From Eledone cirrhosa (lineage: Eukaryota), in assembly GCA_964016885.1 (NCBI GenBank), contig OZ024743.1, positions 46,562,001 to 46,626,000 of the forward strand: a stretch of DNA of 64,000 bases, written 5' to 3'. The translations under genes and the position numbers were made by a program. Under the pieces are notes generated by a model, which saw nothing but the letters and a program-made list of their open reading frames with translations, had not been told where the DNA came from and made no database searches. This document shows positions 37,373 to 50,929 of this stretch, piece after piece; position 1 is the first letter of the stretch; each line of letters starts with the position of its first letter.

Positions 37373-38177
37373 TCACTCACTCACTCACTCACTCACTCAC
37401 TCACTCACTCACTCACTCACTCACTCACTCACTCACTCACTCACTCACTCACTCACTCACTCACTCACTCACTCACTCACTCACTCACTCACTCACTCAC
37501 TCACTCACTCACTCACTCACTCACTCACTCACTCACTCACTCACTCACTCACTCACTCACTCACTCACTCACTCACTCACTCACTCACTCACTCACTCAC
37601 TCACTCACTCACTCACTCACTCACTCACTCACTCACTCACTCACTCACTCACTCACTCACTCACTCACTCACTCACTCACTCACTCACTCACTCACTCAC
37701 TCACTCACTCACTCACTCACTCACTCACTCACTCACTCACTCACTCACTCACTCACTCACTCACTCACTCACTCACTCACTCACTCACTCACTCACTCAC
37801 TCACTCACTCACTCACTCACTCACTCACTCACTCACTCACTCACTCACTCACTCACTCACTCACTCACTCACTCACTCACTCACTCACTCACTCACTCAC
37901 TCACTCACTCACTCACTCACTCACTCACTCACTCACTCACTCACTCACTCACTCACTCACTCACTCACTCACTCACTCACTCACTCACTCACTCACTCAC
38001 TCACTCACTCACTCACTCACTCACTCACTCACTCACTCACTCACTCACTCACTCACTCACTCACTCACTCACTCACTCACTCACTCACTCACTCACTCAC
38101 TCACTCACTCACTCACTCACTCACTCACTCACTCACTCACTCACACACACACACACTCACTCACTCACTCACTCACT
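37325..38177. repeat. (CA)n followed by ~800 bp of nearly pure (TCAC)n
   Basis: Directly visible; source of the spurious THSL-repeat ORF. Confidence 0.97.
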
Positions 38178-38824
38178 CTTGCATATGTTTACAGAAGACA
38201 AACTATCATTGAACAGAATTATTGTAGATCTAAAATGTCTACAAACAACATAAGAAATGCAAACTTTCCCCTTGAACTACTTTTGGAAATGAGATGTAAG
38301 GGATATATAAAAAATATATGAGCTGAAACAGAAGAAATATATTCATTATGTAATCAATCTGCTTCCTGCTTTTTATAACCTTCTGAAAAGAAATAGACCC
38401 TTATATATGTTTATCTATTCTATATGTTAAAATAAAAATGTATTGGAGAAATCTCGTTTTAAGTTCAGTGGACCATGCAGTTGGTATTACAACTAAATTT
38501 TTTTTACCTTCTCAATATCTTTTATTAGATCTTATTGACAAATTTGAAAGTTTAACTTTCTATGTTAATCCTTTTTTTTTCTTTTTCAATTTAAATGTCT
38601 GTAATTAAGCTTTGTTTTTCTTGAGTGAAACAGACAAACTATTAAGACAAACAAAAATGACCTGATTAAATTATAAATTTTAAAAGTCAGTTGAAATAAT
38701 GATTGAGGCCAACATGAGAAAATTCTATCTAATCAATTTAAGGAAAAATATCCATAACTTTATGGGGTGGGGATTAGGCTGGGGTAAACATATTGTCAGA
38801 TGTCAAAGGCTTCATATTTATATT

Positions 38825-39790
38825 GTAAACAGTACATGTAAATATTTAAATAGTACATTATACAGTCAGAAATGTCTATATTAACATCAATATTTAAACA
38901 GTATATATTGCAGTCATAAATGTTTATATTAATGAAAATATTTTGTTACCATATTTCTAATGAAATACACTGCATAAGATTTTTAATTAATTTTGAAAAT
39001 ATAACCAAACATTTGAAGAAATTTAGGAAAGTAATTTTCTCATTATTAAGTTGCTGTTTGAAGATAAATAACAAAGGTTCTTACATAAAATTATGATGAA
39101 ATGCTTTTAGATAAATATAAGCACTTTAAAATAAACAGCTTAAAAAAGAAGTGGTTTCAGATGGTTTGGTATCAAAAAGGTTAAACTGCATATTATTATC
39201 ATTATACACTCATAAATGCAGATATTTAAACAATACATTATTAAAGTCTGAAATGTTTAGATTTAATGTAAATATTTTTACAATATGGTCACAAATGTTT
39301 AAATTTGTATAAATATTTATCCCATTTGTTACATATGACTTTTAAATATTTTTGAAAATAATCAAGTATTTTGAGGGGTTTAGTAAAATAACGTTTTCAT
39401 TTTTAAGCTGGTGTTTGAAACAAAATTTTCTTCCATAAAGTTATAAGGAAAGGTATAAATTTAAATATGAACACTTCAAAAAAAATGCTGTGGATCAAAG
39501 AACAAGGGATGATATAAGATGGTTTGATCTCAGAAGAATGAAAAAGTATATTATTCAGTCAGAAATGTTTATATAAATATAAATATCTAAATAGTATATT
39601 ATTATAGTCGTAAATGTTTATATAGTATGTTATACAATAAGAAATAATGTAAATATTTCACAAATGTTTTATATTAATGTAAATATTCAACAAATGTTTA
39701 TATCAATGTAAATATTTAAGAAGTGTTTATATTAATGTAAATATTTTTTTTTTATGTTTATATTAATATAAATATTTAACAGTCACAAAT
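38825..39790. repeat. Degenerate AT-rich minisatellite (AAATGTTTATATTAATGTAAATATTT-like units) interrupted by MITEs
   Basis: Recurring unit at ~38830-38935, ~39200-39320 and ~39545-39785. Confidence 0.6.
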
Positions 39791-40464
39791 GAAAATATCT
39801 ACACTGGATCTAAGTAACAAGTATTATTACTAAATAAGCAATATTTTTTTTTCCTTCATAAAATTCAATGTATTTAAAGCTGAATGAGAAATGAAAATAT
39901 AAATTTGAAAATCACTCAAAAAAATGCATGAAAATATTTCAAATAATTCATCTTTATGCCATCATAACAAACTAATGACTACATAATATGCCAACTTTTA
40001 AATACTAGCAATTTTGAGTTTATATTTGTACCAAACACATTTTTAACTCTAAAGACAACTTCTCTTGACTATCAGGTAAATTTAATCTATTGATGTATTT
40101 ATTAAGCACAATCCAATTAACATTATTATTTTCTAATATAATTTGATCTTGATGGTAGGTAAAATTTATTACAAAGTTAAACAGAAAAGTTAATTTTTTT
40201 CAACAAAATATCTTTTAAAAATTATTAATTAGCCTAATAAAAGAAAAGTTAATAACAATAATAATAATAAACTAATTGTAGTTTTTTATATATAATTATC
40301 AAATGTCTAATTATTATGCATGCATATTAAGTATAACAGACATTCTGCAGTTGAATTTGGAATTTAACTAAAAAGAAAGACTAAAAATGCAGAGTAGTGA
40401 TGCCCAACATTACCTAGAACTATGAATATTATCTACATTAATGATGAGAATGTCAAGGACTCAC

Positions 40465-40764
40465 TCCTGCAAATACTGCTGCTGTCGATGCCGGCCTAGG
40501 GCCACCAGCCTGCTGGGCTATCTGAAGCTTCTTCTGCATATATGAGTTGTATTCCTCTTGGGCCATCCTGGTCATGCGCACAGGGGGCTGACTTCCTGGA
40601 ATACGGGGTGGTGGGGGTGGGGTCTGTTGTTGGGAACCCATGGAGGGCCCAGCTGGAGATGGGGACGGATGCAGATGTGCTAGTGGTGGCTGGCCCATTG
40701 GAGATGCAAGTCCTGGGTGGCCTCCAGGTGAAGTCTTTTGTTGTGGAGATCGCCCAAGTTGCTC
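40465..40764 (-). CDS. KMT2C: KMT2C/D-like Pro-rich exon (EQLGRSPQQKTSPGGHPG...RMAQEEYNSYMQKKLQ...)
   Basis: ORF 40453..40794; weak AAG acceptor after pyrimidine tract, GTGAGT donor, 300 nt, phase 0-0. Confidence 0.85.
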
Positions 40765-40871
40765 CTTTGACGTAAAAGAGAAATAAGGATTCAAGAAGCC
40801 TTAATTGTTGACATCCAACTTGTATAGAAGAGTTTTGGTGCATTTTGAAATAAATTTCTTTGTTTATTTTT

Positions 40872-40949
<78 letters not shown>

Positions 40950-41453
40950 TCAGGATATTTTCTTTTATGTATATATATTATGCATAGAAATTAAACATGA
41001 GATGAAATTTAAATATTCTAATCTACATTGATGAGTCTTTGCCAAAAATAAAGAAACGGTAAGAATGGAGTTGATCATTTTTGTCTTAAGAATTTGATAT
41101 TTTCAGATGGCACATGTTCATGATGTTAGCTGAAAGTACCAAACTATTGAAGAAGTAGCAATAATAATATACTTGTTACCCTCAGACATTATTTAGTAAA
41201 TTTTCTATAAGATTTCTTGAAGTGCCTACAAGTGCAGCAATATACACATACACACACACACTTGTGATCACATATACATAGCTACATGTAACTCTGTGTA
41301 TGTGTGTATAATACATATACGTATATGCACACACACACACACACACACACACCCATGCGTATACATAAATAGTTACATGTAAATGTGTGCACACACACAC
41401 ACACAAACACCCATGCATATACATAATTAGTTACATGTAAATGTGTGTGCGCA

Positions 41454-41491
<38 letters not shown>

Positions 41492-42369
41492 TTTATTCAC
41501 ACTAACAATAGATTTTAAACAAATAATGTTTGATATTTGATATAAAACTAGTTCATATCTTAAGCTTTTTGTTTATGAATAAAAAAAATACATTATGGGA
41601 CTATATTAGAAATCATGTTAAAATAGTTAAAAGAATCATTTACCTAACACTATACTCAAAATTCTCTAAACATAATTTAACAGGTACAATCCTGTAGATC
41701 TCAACATACCAACATAAAAAAATAGGACAAAACTAATATTCATTATTAGACACATTCTTCAAATCTACATACTTCAGTTAATAAATGTCTTAATAGCTGT
41801 TACTGAATGTAATAAACAAATTATTTGATTATACTAATAATAAACTAAAAATATTACTTCATATTTTAACTCTTAATGTCCTGTACCACATAAAACCGCA
41901 TTAGCAAGACATTTTTGAAAAGTACAAAACAGCACTATGATTGCATCTCATTAAAAATTAAAGTTTTTGTCTAATTCTACAAATTTTCACAACAATCTGA
42001 CACTAGTAAAGATACTTTAAACGTTTGAATTAACAAACCAGTTCTTAGATATTATCTTTTGAATAACTACATGATGTTAAGAGTTAATGACAGCTATTGA
42101 TAAGGGCTTTAAGTATTAAAGGCAATGAAAACTTTTATAAAACCCTTTCCTGAAATCTTTTCTAATTTACACATTGAAAAAAATACTTCTCTTTATAAAA
42201 TTATTTATAAGAAGTTTATTTTCTATCTTCCAGATTTTCATTAATTCCTGTGTTTCATGAAATAATGGTAACATAGTATTTATAGAGAAATATTCTGACT
42301 TTTGTCATAAGTTACTGATTTTATGGCAATCCAAGCTGATCTGTCACATGGATTGAAATTAGAGTTATT

Positions 42370-42650
42370 TTACAGTAAGAATTGGAGTTATTTTCCATAC
42401 TTGCACATGTTGGACAAAGCCCGGAGCTGATCCCAGTTTCATGTGTGTTAAGCAACTGAGAGTACAAGAGTCCCCTCTGGACAAGACACCAAGGTGTTGC
42501 AGGGCTAACCCCCATCTTCTGCAGGTACTCATTTTCAGCTGAGTGAACTGGAGCATGTAAAATGAAGTGCCTTGCTCAAGGGCACAACGCATCAACCAGG
42601 TTAGGGATTGAAGCCACGACCTTATGATTGAAGCCAGGACCTCAGTCATT
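42370..42650 (-). mobile_element. Meta-core SINE, different subfamily
   Basis: Minus strand CCCTTGAGCAAGGCACTTCATTTTACATGCTCCAGTTCACTCAGCTGAAAATGAGTACC. Confidence 0.7.
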
Positions 42651-45600
42651 AATTTTACATCATCTTAAATTAACTAAATAATTATAAATACAATGTTTTA
42701 GTATTTTTTTAAAAATATATTAACATAAGTTACAGAGAGCAAAATGAAGAAAAGTTAATCAGAAAGAAAAAAAAGAAGTAAAACACAAAGATAATGAAAT
42801 AAGGAAAATTTGAAAAGAATAAATCATAGACAAGTAACACAAAAAATGATAAAATTGTAAACCAAACCTTAAATATCGTTGTTTTCTATTTTATCATTAA
42901 TGTTAAAAATAATACAACTAATTTTGTTATGAAACAAAGAAACTGAAAACTTGGTTGTTACTTTCATTTTAAATAAATTACTTTAAAAGAACATTTTATC
43001 CATTGCAATGTTATTATGGAGTCACAAGAATATCAAACAACAGCTGGAAATGCTCCAAATAAATATAAAGGTTAAAAAAAAACAAGAAATTTTAATTTGT
43101 TCCAAAATGCACTTAAACAATGCTATGTGAAGTTCTTTGGTGTAACACAGCAAGGTGATTCTTTAAGGTATCCATAGCTAAAGAAAATCTAAAATATATA
43201 GCTAAATTCTTATAGTATAACCATAATAAAACTTACAGAAGCTAATGCCAATTAAAAAAAAGTATTATCTTTTTGGTTAGGATGGTTTCATTTTCAAAGT
43301 GTTCATAACTGTTAAATAGCAGACAACTGCTTATAGATAAATTGTACTCCAGATTACAACATCAAAAAATGGTTACTATTTGTTACTAAAATTAAATTTT
43401 GCCACCAAAATACTGAAATGAAAGAAACCAGTTCTTTAGCTATATAAATTGTAAGAGTAAAGATATGAAAAAATGAAATCCACTAGTCCCCTATTACAAT
43501 TGTTCCAGAACATAGAAGAAAAAATCCAGTAAACAACAAACAGAAAAGATTATTTTATCCCTCCACTACCATTCTATATGAAAACTCACTCACTAAAACA
43601 TGTTGCAATGCGATATAAATTAGTTAATATGATGTAGATAAATAAAATAATGGATGTGAGGAAAACAATTTAATTCAACTAATCCCAAAGAACCTTTTAA
43701 AAATAAATTCAATTTAATGATTGTTTAATACACATCTTTGTATAGGTCATCGTGGTATTAATATTGCACATACCCTTGTGGTTTATGACATCTTATTCAT
43801 ATTGTTTTGTTTTGTTTTAATTTATAAACTTAGTAAATAATCTTGATCAATACTATAACTAATAATTAAATAGGTTTTAATAAACAAACTTGTATTTTAA
43901 GTTCAACAACGTTTCCTTTTTATAATACATTTTAATTGAAAATATTAATTCAGTTATACTCAAGCTTGTTATCCATATTGGTTTATATCTATAGATAATA
44001 TTCAATATACTCATGTTTGTTATTTATATTGGTTAACCCTCAGCTAACATACTGAAAGTATGCCATCATTAACCAATTTTTTTGTTAGTTTGTTTGATTA
44101 TTAAAAATGCTTAAAGTTGTGCAAAATGCAGTAAAATACATAGTGTTTTACTTCAAATACATGTTCTTTTTATCATCATATCATATTAAATCAAATTTCA
44201 CAATGAATTATACATATATACATAAGCACATAGCTAATTCAATATTTAATTTTATATCAGTACGATTGGTTTATTAAATACAATATAGGACATATCAAAA
44301 GCTCATTAAGAGGAAAGTTTGCAAAAACATCATATTTTTAAACTGGGTAAAAACAAAACATTGGAACATGCTACATTCAAAATTTCAAACAAATGACATT
44401 CAGAGGATCTGCAAAAAGTGATACAAAACCAAGAACATATTTTATGTTAAACACACCATATAAAGTTAAGTTATAGTTGGTATTTTACTACCTGAAGCCT
44501 AAATAATTTATAGTCATGCATCAAATATACAACATTTTTGGAAATATAACAATAAAACTGATGCATCAGTTATATATGTATATGAATGAAGTCATGGTTT
44601 ATTAGTTATATTCTGATAGATTATCATTAAATCTCACAAGGCAAATACATGAGTGCAATATTTGCTAGGAATATTTTGTCTGATAGACAGCATTTCAAAA
44701 GTGACCGAAGATTCTTTTCTTTTTTTTAATTCTTAATTTAACAAAATATGTAGTTTACATTTTTCAAAGGATAATGCATATTTTTTTAAAGTTGTATTTC
44801 CATGTCTTCTGTCAAATAGTTTAAATTTCATTAAACCACAGAAAAATAATTGAAATTAACTGATTACTGCTGTATAATAACATTAAAATATCTACAGAAG
44901 TCAATCAGTAAAATTTTCATTGACTTATTTCATCTATTTTCTGTGTTATTAAAATATTTGTATCAATAATCAGAAATGGTTAAAAAAAATCTTTCTTCAA
45001 TCACAAAACATTTTTTTTAAATGCTTAAATTGTTAAATTAATTTAAGACATTTCCAAAACAAAAAAAATAATAATCTGAAATAAAATTTAAGTAACATTT
45101 TTTTTTTTTTATTACATTTAAATTTTATAGTGGAACTAAGATATGTAGTCTATCAAAAATATTTGTGTATTGAAGTTAATAAATATAATGCCTAATCAAT
45201 ATGCCCAGCTAATTAAATCACCTGAAAGCCAAATCAATTAAATATTTAAAACAATAACACTACACTCATATCAAAAATACTATAAAGTAAATTTAAGTTA
45301 AACTGTTAAAGCAGAAATATTACTAGTGTAAGGATTCTAACTGATAATATTGGTAATCTAAGAAACAGGGGGTGCAATTTTAACCCATGCAATTTCCTAA
45401 AAATAGTGAAAGTCTTCACACAGAAATTAAACCTTTTCCAAAAAACATCAGACAGATATATATTTATAACAGACAATAATATAAAGACAAATTACAAAAA
45501 TTACTAATACACAAAACTTTATACAACAAAAACAATCTGAGAGAAAATTCAGTCCTATATAATTTTTCATTCATTACTATTTTAAATAAAAAGTTAATAA

Positions 45601-46632
45601 TTCTGTTAGATTATAGAATGTGGTAGGGAAAAAAGAAAATGAAAAGAGCCAATCATCAGATCAGACTAAAGAAACTGTTTCTATTTGTCTTTCCAATAGT
45701 GATACTATCTGCAGGTTGCAACTCATGGCAGAAGGAGGTGAGATTTGAACTCAGAACACACACTGCTGGATCAAATACTATAAAGCATCCTGCCTGACTC
45801 TTTAACAATTTCTCCAATTCACCACCTTGGACCAGTACTTTATCTACCTTAAAGGGATGAAAGGTCAAGTTAACCTCAGTGAGATTTGAACTCAAGAGCA
45901 CAAAGAGCCAGAAATCCAGGACATTTAATTTGATGCTTTATGACAATTCCCCACCTTATTGTGATACATCTAATCATAAACATAATTCTTTATCATATTT
46001 TAAAAAGAAAAGGAAAGGACTGATATTTTAATCGAACCAAGGAAACTATGTTTCCATTGGTCTTCCCATTTGTCGGTCACTACTCCTGGCAGAATTGTCA
46101 CCATTCTTCTGGTGACAGGATGCAAGAAACTTAGAACATACAGTCAGAATAGACACCAAAATTTTAATAAATCCACTGCTTATGGACTGGTACTTAATTA
46201 TTGACCCACCTAAAGGATAGAAGGCAAAGTTGACCTCAGTGGGATTTGATCTCAGTGACAAGGGAGATAGAACAAATGATGAAAAGCATTTAATCAGACA
46301 TTCAAATGAGTTTGTCACTAGTAACCAAAAGATAAAAATATATCAAAAGTGTAATCATACAAATTAAGGATGTAAAACATAAAACTTAAAGCATTAATGA
46401 AATTCATAAATTAGGTAAAAATGTGGTACTAGATAATAACTAACGAGAAGTGTACAAATCAAATTAAACAAAAAAAAAAACATCTAGATTGTTCTAAATG
46501 TTAAATTTTCCAAACTAAAATAAACAAAAAACTGTAATTTATTTCTATTCCTCAAAATTAGTTTAATGAAATTTTTTTTAAAAAACAAACATGTAAAATG
46601 AATAACATTTATAGAAGAAAATTGCCATTTAC

Positions 46633-46779
46633 CTTCTGTTTTTCTGCTTTTGTGGATGCAAGCTGCCGTGATCGTTTACGCAACCCATCATAATGTTTTT
46701 GTAGTTTTGATAACTCAGGAGCAATGCGTTCGAGTTCTTGGGCATCATTTGGATTAATGGCATTCCCTGATTTTTTGGC
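46633..46779 (-). CDS. KMT2C: KMT2C/D-like exon, coiled coil (AKKSGNAINPNDAQELERIAPELSKLQKHYDGLRKRSRQLASTKAEKQK)
   Basis: AACAG acceptor, GTAAAT donor, 147 nt, phase 0-0; similar to KMT2C AKKAGREFPEEDAEQLK...QKQLEQIRK. Confidence 0.9.
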
Positions 46780-46915
46780 CTGTTATAAAATATGATTTTA
46801 TATATATATATATATTAAAATATTTGTATCAATAATCAGAAATGGTTAAAAAAAAAATCTTTCTTCAATCACAAAACATTTTTTTTAAATGCTTAAATTG
46901 TCAAATTAATATGGA

Positions 46916-47231
46916 GGCACATGGCTTAGTGGTTAGAGCATTGGCCTTGCAATTGAAAGGATGTGAGTTCAATTCTCAGACCGGGTGATGTGTTGTTTCC
47001 TTGAGCAAGACACCTTATTTCACATTGCTCCAATTTACTCAGCTGTAGAAATGAGATGATAGGGACTGGGATTCGTATCATTCCACTGCCAAGTGGTCGT
47101 GGAGGTGCCACGGCAAAAAAGCACCCAGCACTCACTGTAAATGAGGTTAGTGTTAGGAAGGGCATCCAGCTGTAGAAATCAAGCCAGAATCGGGGAAAAA
47201 GCGGACGTAAAATGAAATGATGAAAATGATG

Positions 47232-47232
<1 letters not shown>
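46916..47232 (+). mobile_element. tRNA/Meta-core SINE with RTE subfamily-A tail
   Basis: Same head as 34759; tail gtggtcgtggaggtgccacggcaaaaaagcacccagc as at ~29187. Confidence 0.88.
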
Positions 47233-47262
<30 letters not shown>

Positions 47263-47930
47263 GGGGGGTGTGCGTGTGTGTAAACCAAAATAGTATATAC
47301 ATGTCATCAGCCACCTAACAGGTTCTACAGCAAATGCATTGCTTTCTGTATTCATACATTCAAAGCAATGTGACCAAGAAGTTGAAAAGAAAACAGAAAA
47401 AAAATGGGTGAGGGCAGCAAAAGAGTGTGTGTGGGTGGGGGTATCTTTATTTTATAAAGAAATGACATTTACAGGACTAGAACTGCTTCATTCATATGAA
47501 ATCATCAGCAAAACCCTCTAGAAGACATGCCTATACTCTACCCACATAGCAGGTACCTTTCATATATATATATAACACATATATATATATCCCCACTTCT
47601 ATAGTTTCATCATACATAAGGTATTATATAGGCAGAAGCAGTCACAATTCTTTGGTCACTAATGCTACTGCATCTGACATTAATATGCTGTCTGTGGAGT
47701 CTTGGTGTGTCTTCATCATCCTGAGATCTCACAATGGAGAGGAACTGCATCTTTAAACATGAAGAGGAAAGGGCACAAAAGATGTTCATACTCAATAGCA
47801 TGTCAACAGCCTTCACACCTACACACATGTATATAAGAATGGCTGTTGGTTAAAATCTCTTTTTAATAACAAAGAAAAAGAATTACCTTTCATTTTGTTT
47901 TTTAAACTAATCAGCAATAAAGTGAGTTAC

Positions 47931-48097
47931 CTGTCGGGCACGAGCATTAATAGCTTTCCTAATTCGCTTCAACTTTTGAATTGTTGGTTCCAACTTCTTC
48001 ATTGTCATTTCTATATCATTTCGCTCCTGGTTGTTATTAAAGTCATCCATCTGGTTCATTGGTTGCACAGTTGGAATGTCAACAGTCAGATTAGCAT
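47931..48097 (-). CDS. KMT2C: KMT2C/D-like exon, start of coiled coil (DANLTVD...LEPTIQKLKRIRKAINARARQ)
   Basis: CTCTAG acceptor, GTAACT donor, 167 nt, phase 1-0; similar to KMT2C RKSKKALSAKQRT. Confidence 0.9.
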
Positions 48098-49093
48098 CTA
48101 GAGGTAGCAAATATACAGAGAGAGAGAGTTATAAAATATTCACTAACAAGCAACATTCCCTCTAAGCTACATAAGTGAGCAGACACTCAGACACTGTATT
48201 GGTGTCACACACATTAAAATGTTGCTCCTAAGTAGCTTTGAAATATTGTTGTGCAATACTTTTGAATTAAAAATATTCTTGCTAAAAGCATCAAATATTC
48301 CAATCAGTGGTTGGAAAAAATTAGAATGATGCTGACAAAATACTGAACTGAAGTACTAGTGTCTTGGTAGAAAATTGATATTATTTATAACATTTATTAA
48401 GTTAAACAAAGAAATTACCATATTTCTAATAAAAGACACTGAATGATTTTCAGAATATTTTGAAAATAATGAAAAATTTGGAGGAATTTAACTTTCTCAT
48501 TATGAAGTCGGTGCAGTGTCTAAAAGGGGTAACCCACAAAAGATTATCCATTTGTAAAACATTGCTTTAGAAATTGATCCCTTGATGAGTATGAAGCCTT
48601 TCATGGAGCCCACAAGACTAGGCCATGCTTTAACAGGAGGAAAAAAGGCTTTTAAATCATTTTGTTGCTCTCTCATTATCAAATTGGTTTTTGTAAAAAC
48701 TTAAACAAATATTAAATGCTTACAATGTTACAATTATGTTATTTAGCTCTTTTGATATCAAACCACCTAAAACTGCCTCTAGTTCTCCAATACAATTCTT
48801 TATTTTAAAGTGTTTATATTTTTCTAAAATTCTTCTGTCATAATTTTATGTAAGAAAGTTTAAGTTATACTCCAAACATCAGCTTAATAATAAGTTATAT
48901 CACTAAATCCTTCCGAATTCTTGATTATTTTCAAAATGATTTGAAAATTATAGATGAACAAAAGGGTTAATCCTCATACAACTATATTTATTGAATGAAA
49001 TTTAGTTTTTGCAAAAATGAGTAAATAAATTTAAATTTGTGTCAATATAGATTAGAATATATATATTAAGAAAAAAGATATCAAGATTAATAC

Positions 49094-49359
49094 CTGGTGT
49101 AGGTGGAATCACAGTTGGACGAATCAATGGAGGAGACTGAAGTCCAGCTGAAGAAGGGGATGGTGTAAATGGTTGATGAGTTGGACTTGGAAATGGTGAT
49201 GGAGTTCGTGGACTCATTTGCTGATTTGGAGTCCTTGGCATAAAGGAAGCATAATTTTGAACTGTGGGAGCTGTTGACTCACGCGGAGATTTACCTGCAG
49301 ATTTGACGAGCATGGTTCCTTGTGCAACTGGCCAGGGCTGTTCTCTTGGAGACATTAAT
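49094..49359 (-). CDS. KMT2C: KMT2C/D-like exon (LMSPREQPWPVAQG...PTVIPPTP)
   Basis: ORF 49002..49385; TTTTGTAG acceptor, GTATTA donor, 266 nt, phase 2-1. Confidence 0.87.
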
Positions 49360-50470
49360 CTACAAAAGATGTGAAGAAAATACAATATTATAAATGATAA
49401 AATACTATGTATATACTTCCATACTTTATCAATTGGCCCATTTAACTTCTAATTCAGCTAGAAAAAAAATGCAGGTTTAGCTGGCCTCCTCCAAATTGCA
49501 TCTCATAGGAAGTTTCTTGGGTGTTTTAACAGTAGAAGGCCCCAGTCCTATCATAAAAAGTAATGTGAAATGAAACTCAAGACAATATACTGCCTGGTAC
49601 AGCAATCAAACCCACAACCACCAGGCTACATGTCTTCACACCTAACTCAGCTTCAAAAACGTGGAAACTGTCTTTTGTTAATTGAAAAAACTGCAGCAAA
49701 CAGGATTAAAAACATAACTTTGTTCCAATTTGTCACAATGCTGGCATAAAAAAAATTGATGTAAAAGAGTAAAAGAAAGAAGCGGATACTCATATCAAAG
49801 CAAAGATATCCGTTTCAATTTTTTTTTTTTTTCAAAAGTTTCTTTTGGCATCCACCACCCACCACCACCCCACATACACCAACTAAATCTCTCCTATTTG
49901 TGTACTTAACTGAATCTTTGAATTCCTAAAACATTCTCAGTACATCTACTTCTGCATACATGATATTTTAACCATTACCACACAATATGACAACCTATAT
50001 ATTAACATATACAGGTTAATTAATTAGAGATGTACACCAATGTTTAAATGTTACAGAACTGGCAGAAAATATGCATCACCTCACAAGTCATCGGTTAAGT
50101 TAATATTTCAGGCTTACAGGCTCATCAGGCTGGAGCTTACCCCAGTTCCATTAACAGTCTAACACAAGATTTACCCAAAGCCAGTGCTGCTACTCATTTT
50201 TCTTTTCAGCTCATTTCAGTCTCTTGCTGAAGAACGCAATGCATTTCCCAGTCTGGCAATTGAACCCATGCCTTTATTGTGAACCCAAGATCCTAACCAC
50301 TAAACTGCTTGCCTTCACATAAGACATCTGAAGGTCCAATAAACAACAGTCCTCCATGCACTTTTCTATCTATGCTAAGCATAAATCCCTTCAAAGAAAA
50401 AAAAGAGTGTGAACTGCTATGCACTTTCCATATATGATCCCTTGTAAGTTGGAACGGAATAAAATAGATA

Positions 50471-50513
<43 letters not shown>

Positions 50514-50521
50514 ATACAAAC

Positions 50522-50564
50522 CTTGGAGAAAGCTCTAAACGTGGTCCCATGCCACCAGTATAAG
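50522..50564 (-). CDS. KMT2C: KMT2C/D-like 43-nt small exon (AYTGGMGPRLELSP)
   Basis: ATTTCAG acceptor, GTTTGT donor; phase 1-2, required to reconcile the phases of the flanking exons. Confidence 0.8.
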
Positions 50565-50864
50565 CTGAAATGGGAAAAAATGATAACATTGTCAGAGTTG
50601 AACATTTTATTTTTAACAACTTTTAACAAGCATTTTGATAATTCAAAATCTGTTTTTAAGTGAAACAAATAATGATAAAATGTGTATATATAGTGTACTC
50701 AAATGAACAAAAAAAACATGCTAGTGTGGAGAAATGGATGATAAATGATGATGATATATATATATATACACGTGTGTATATGTATACATACATATACACA
50801 TTTATAGAGAGATTTCCAATTCCACACCCGCCTGTCGCTTCAATCTATCTTATTTCTCATTCTT

Positions 50865-50900
50865 TCTTCTGATGAAGGACTAGCGCCTAAAACGTTAAGA
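50865..50900 (+). ncRNA. Degenerate minimal hammerhead in Penelope-type repeat (G12 mutated to A)
   Basis: tctt-CTGATGA-agg actagcg cct-AAAA-CGTT-aaga. Confidence 0.6.
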
Positions 50901-50929
50901 CCCTCTTCTTGCTATTTCAAGCGTTAACC

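Noticed and set aside
37319-38212. 297-aa THSL-repeat ORF
   Set aside because: Translation of a (TCAC)n microsatellite; no coding evidence
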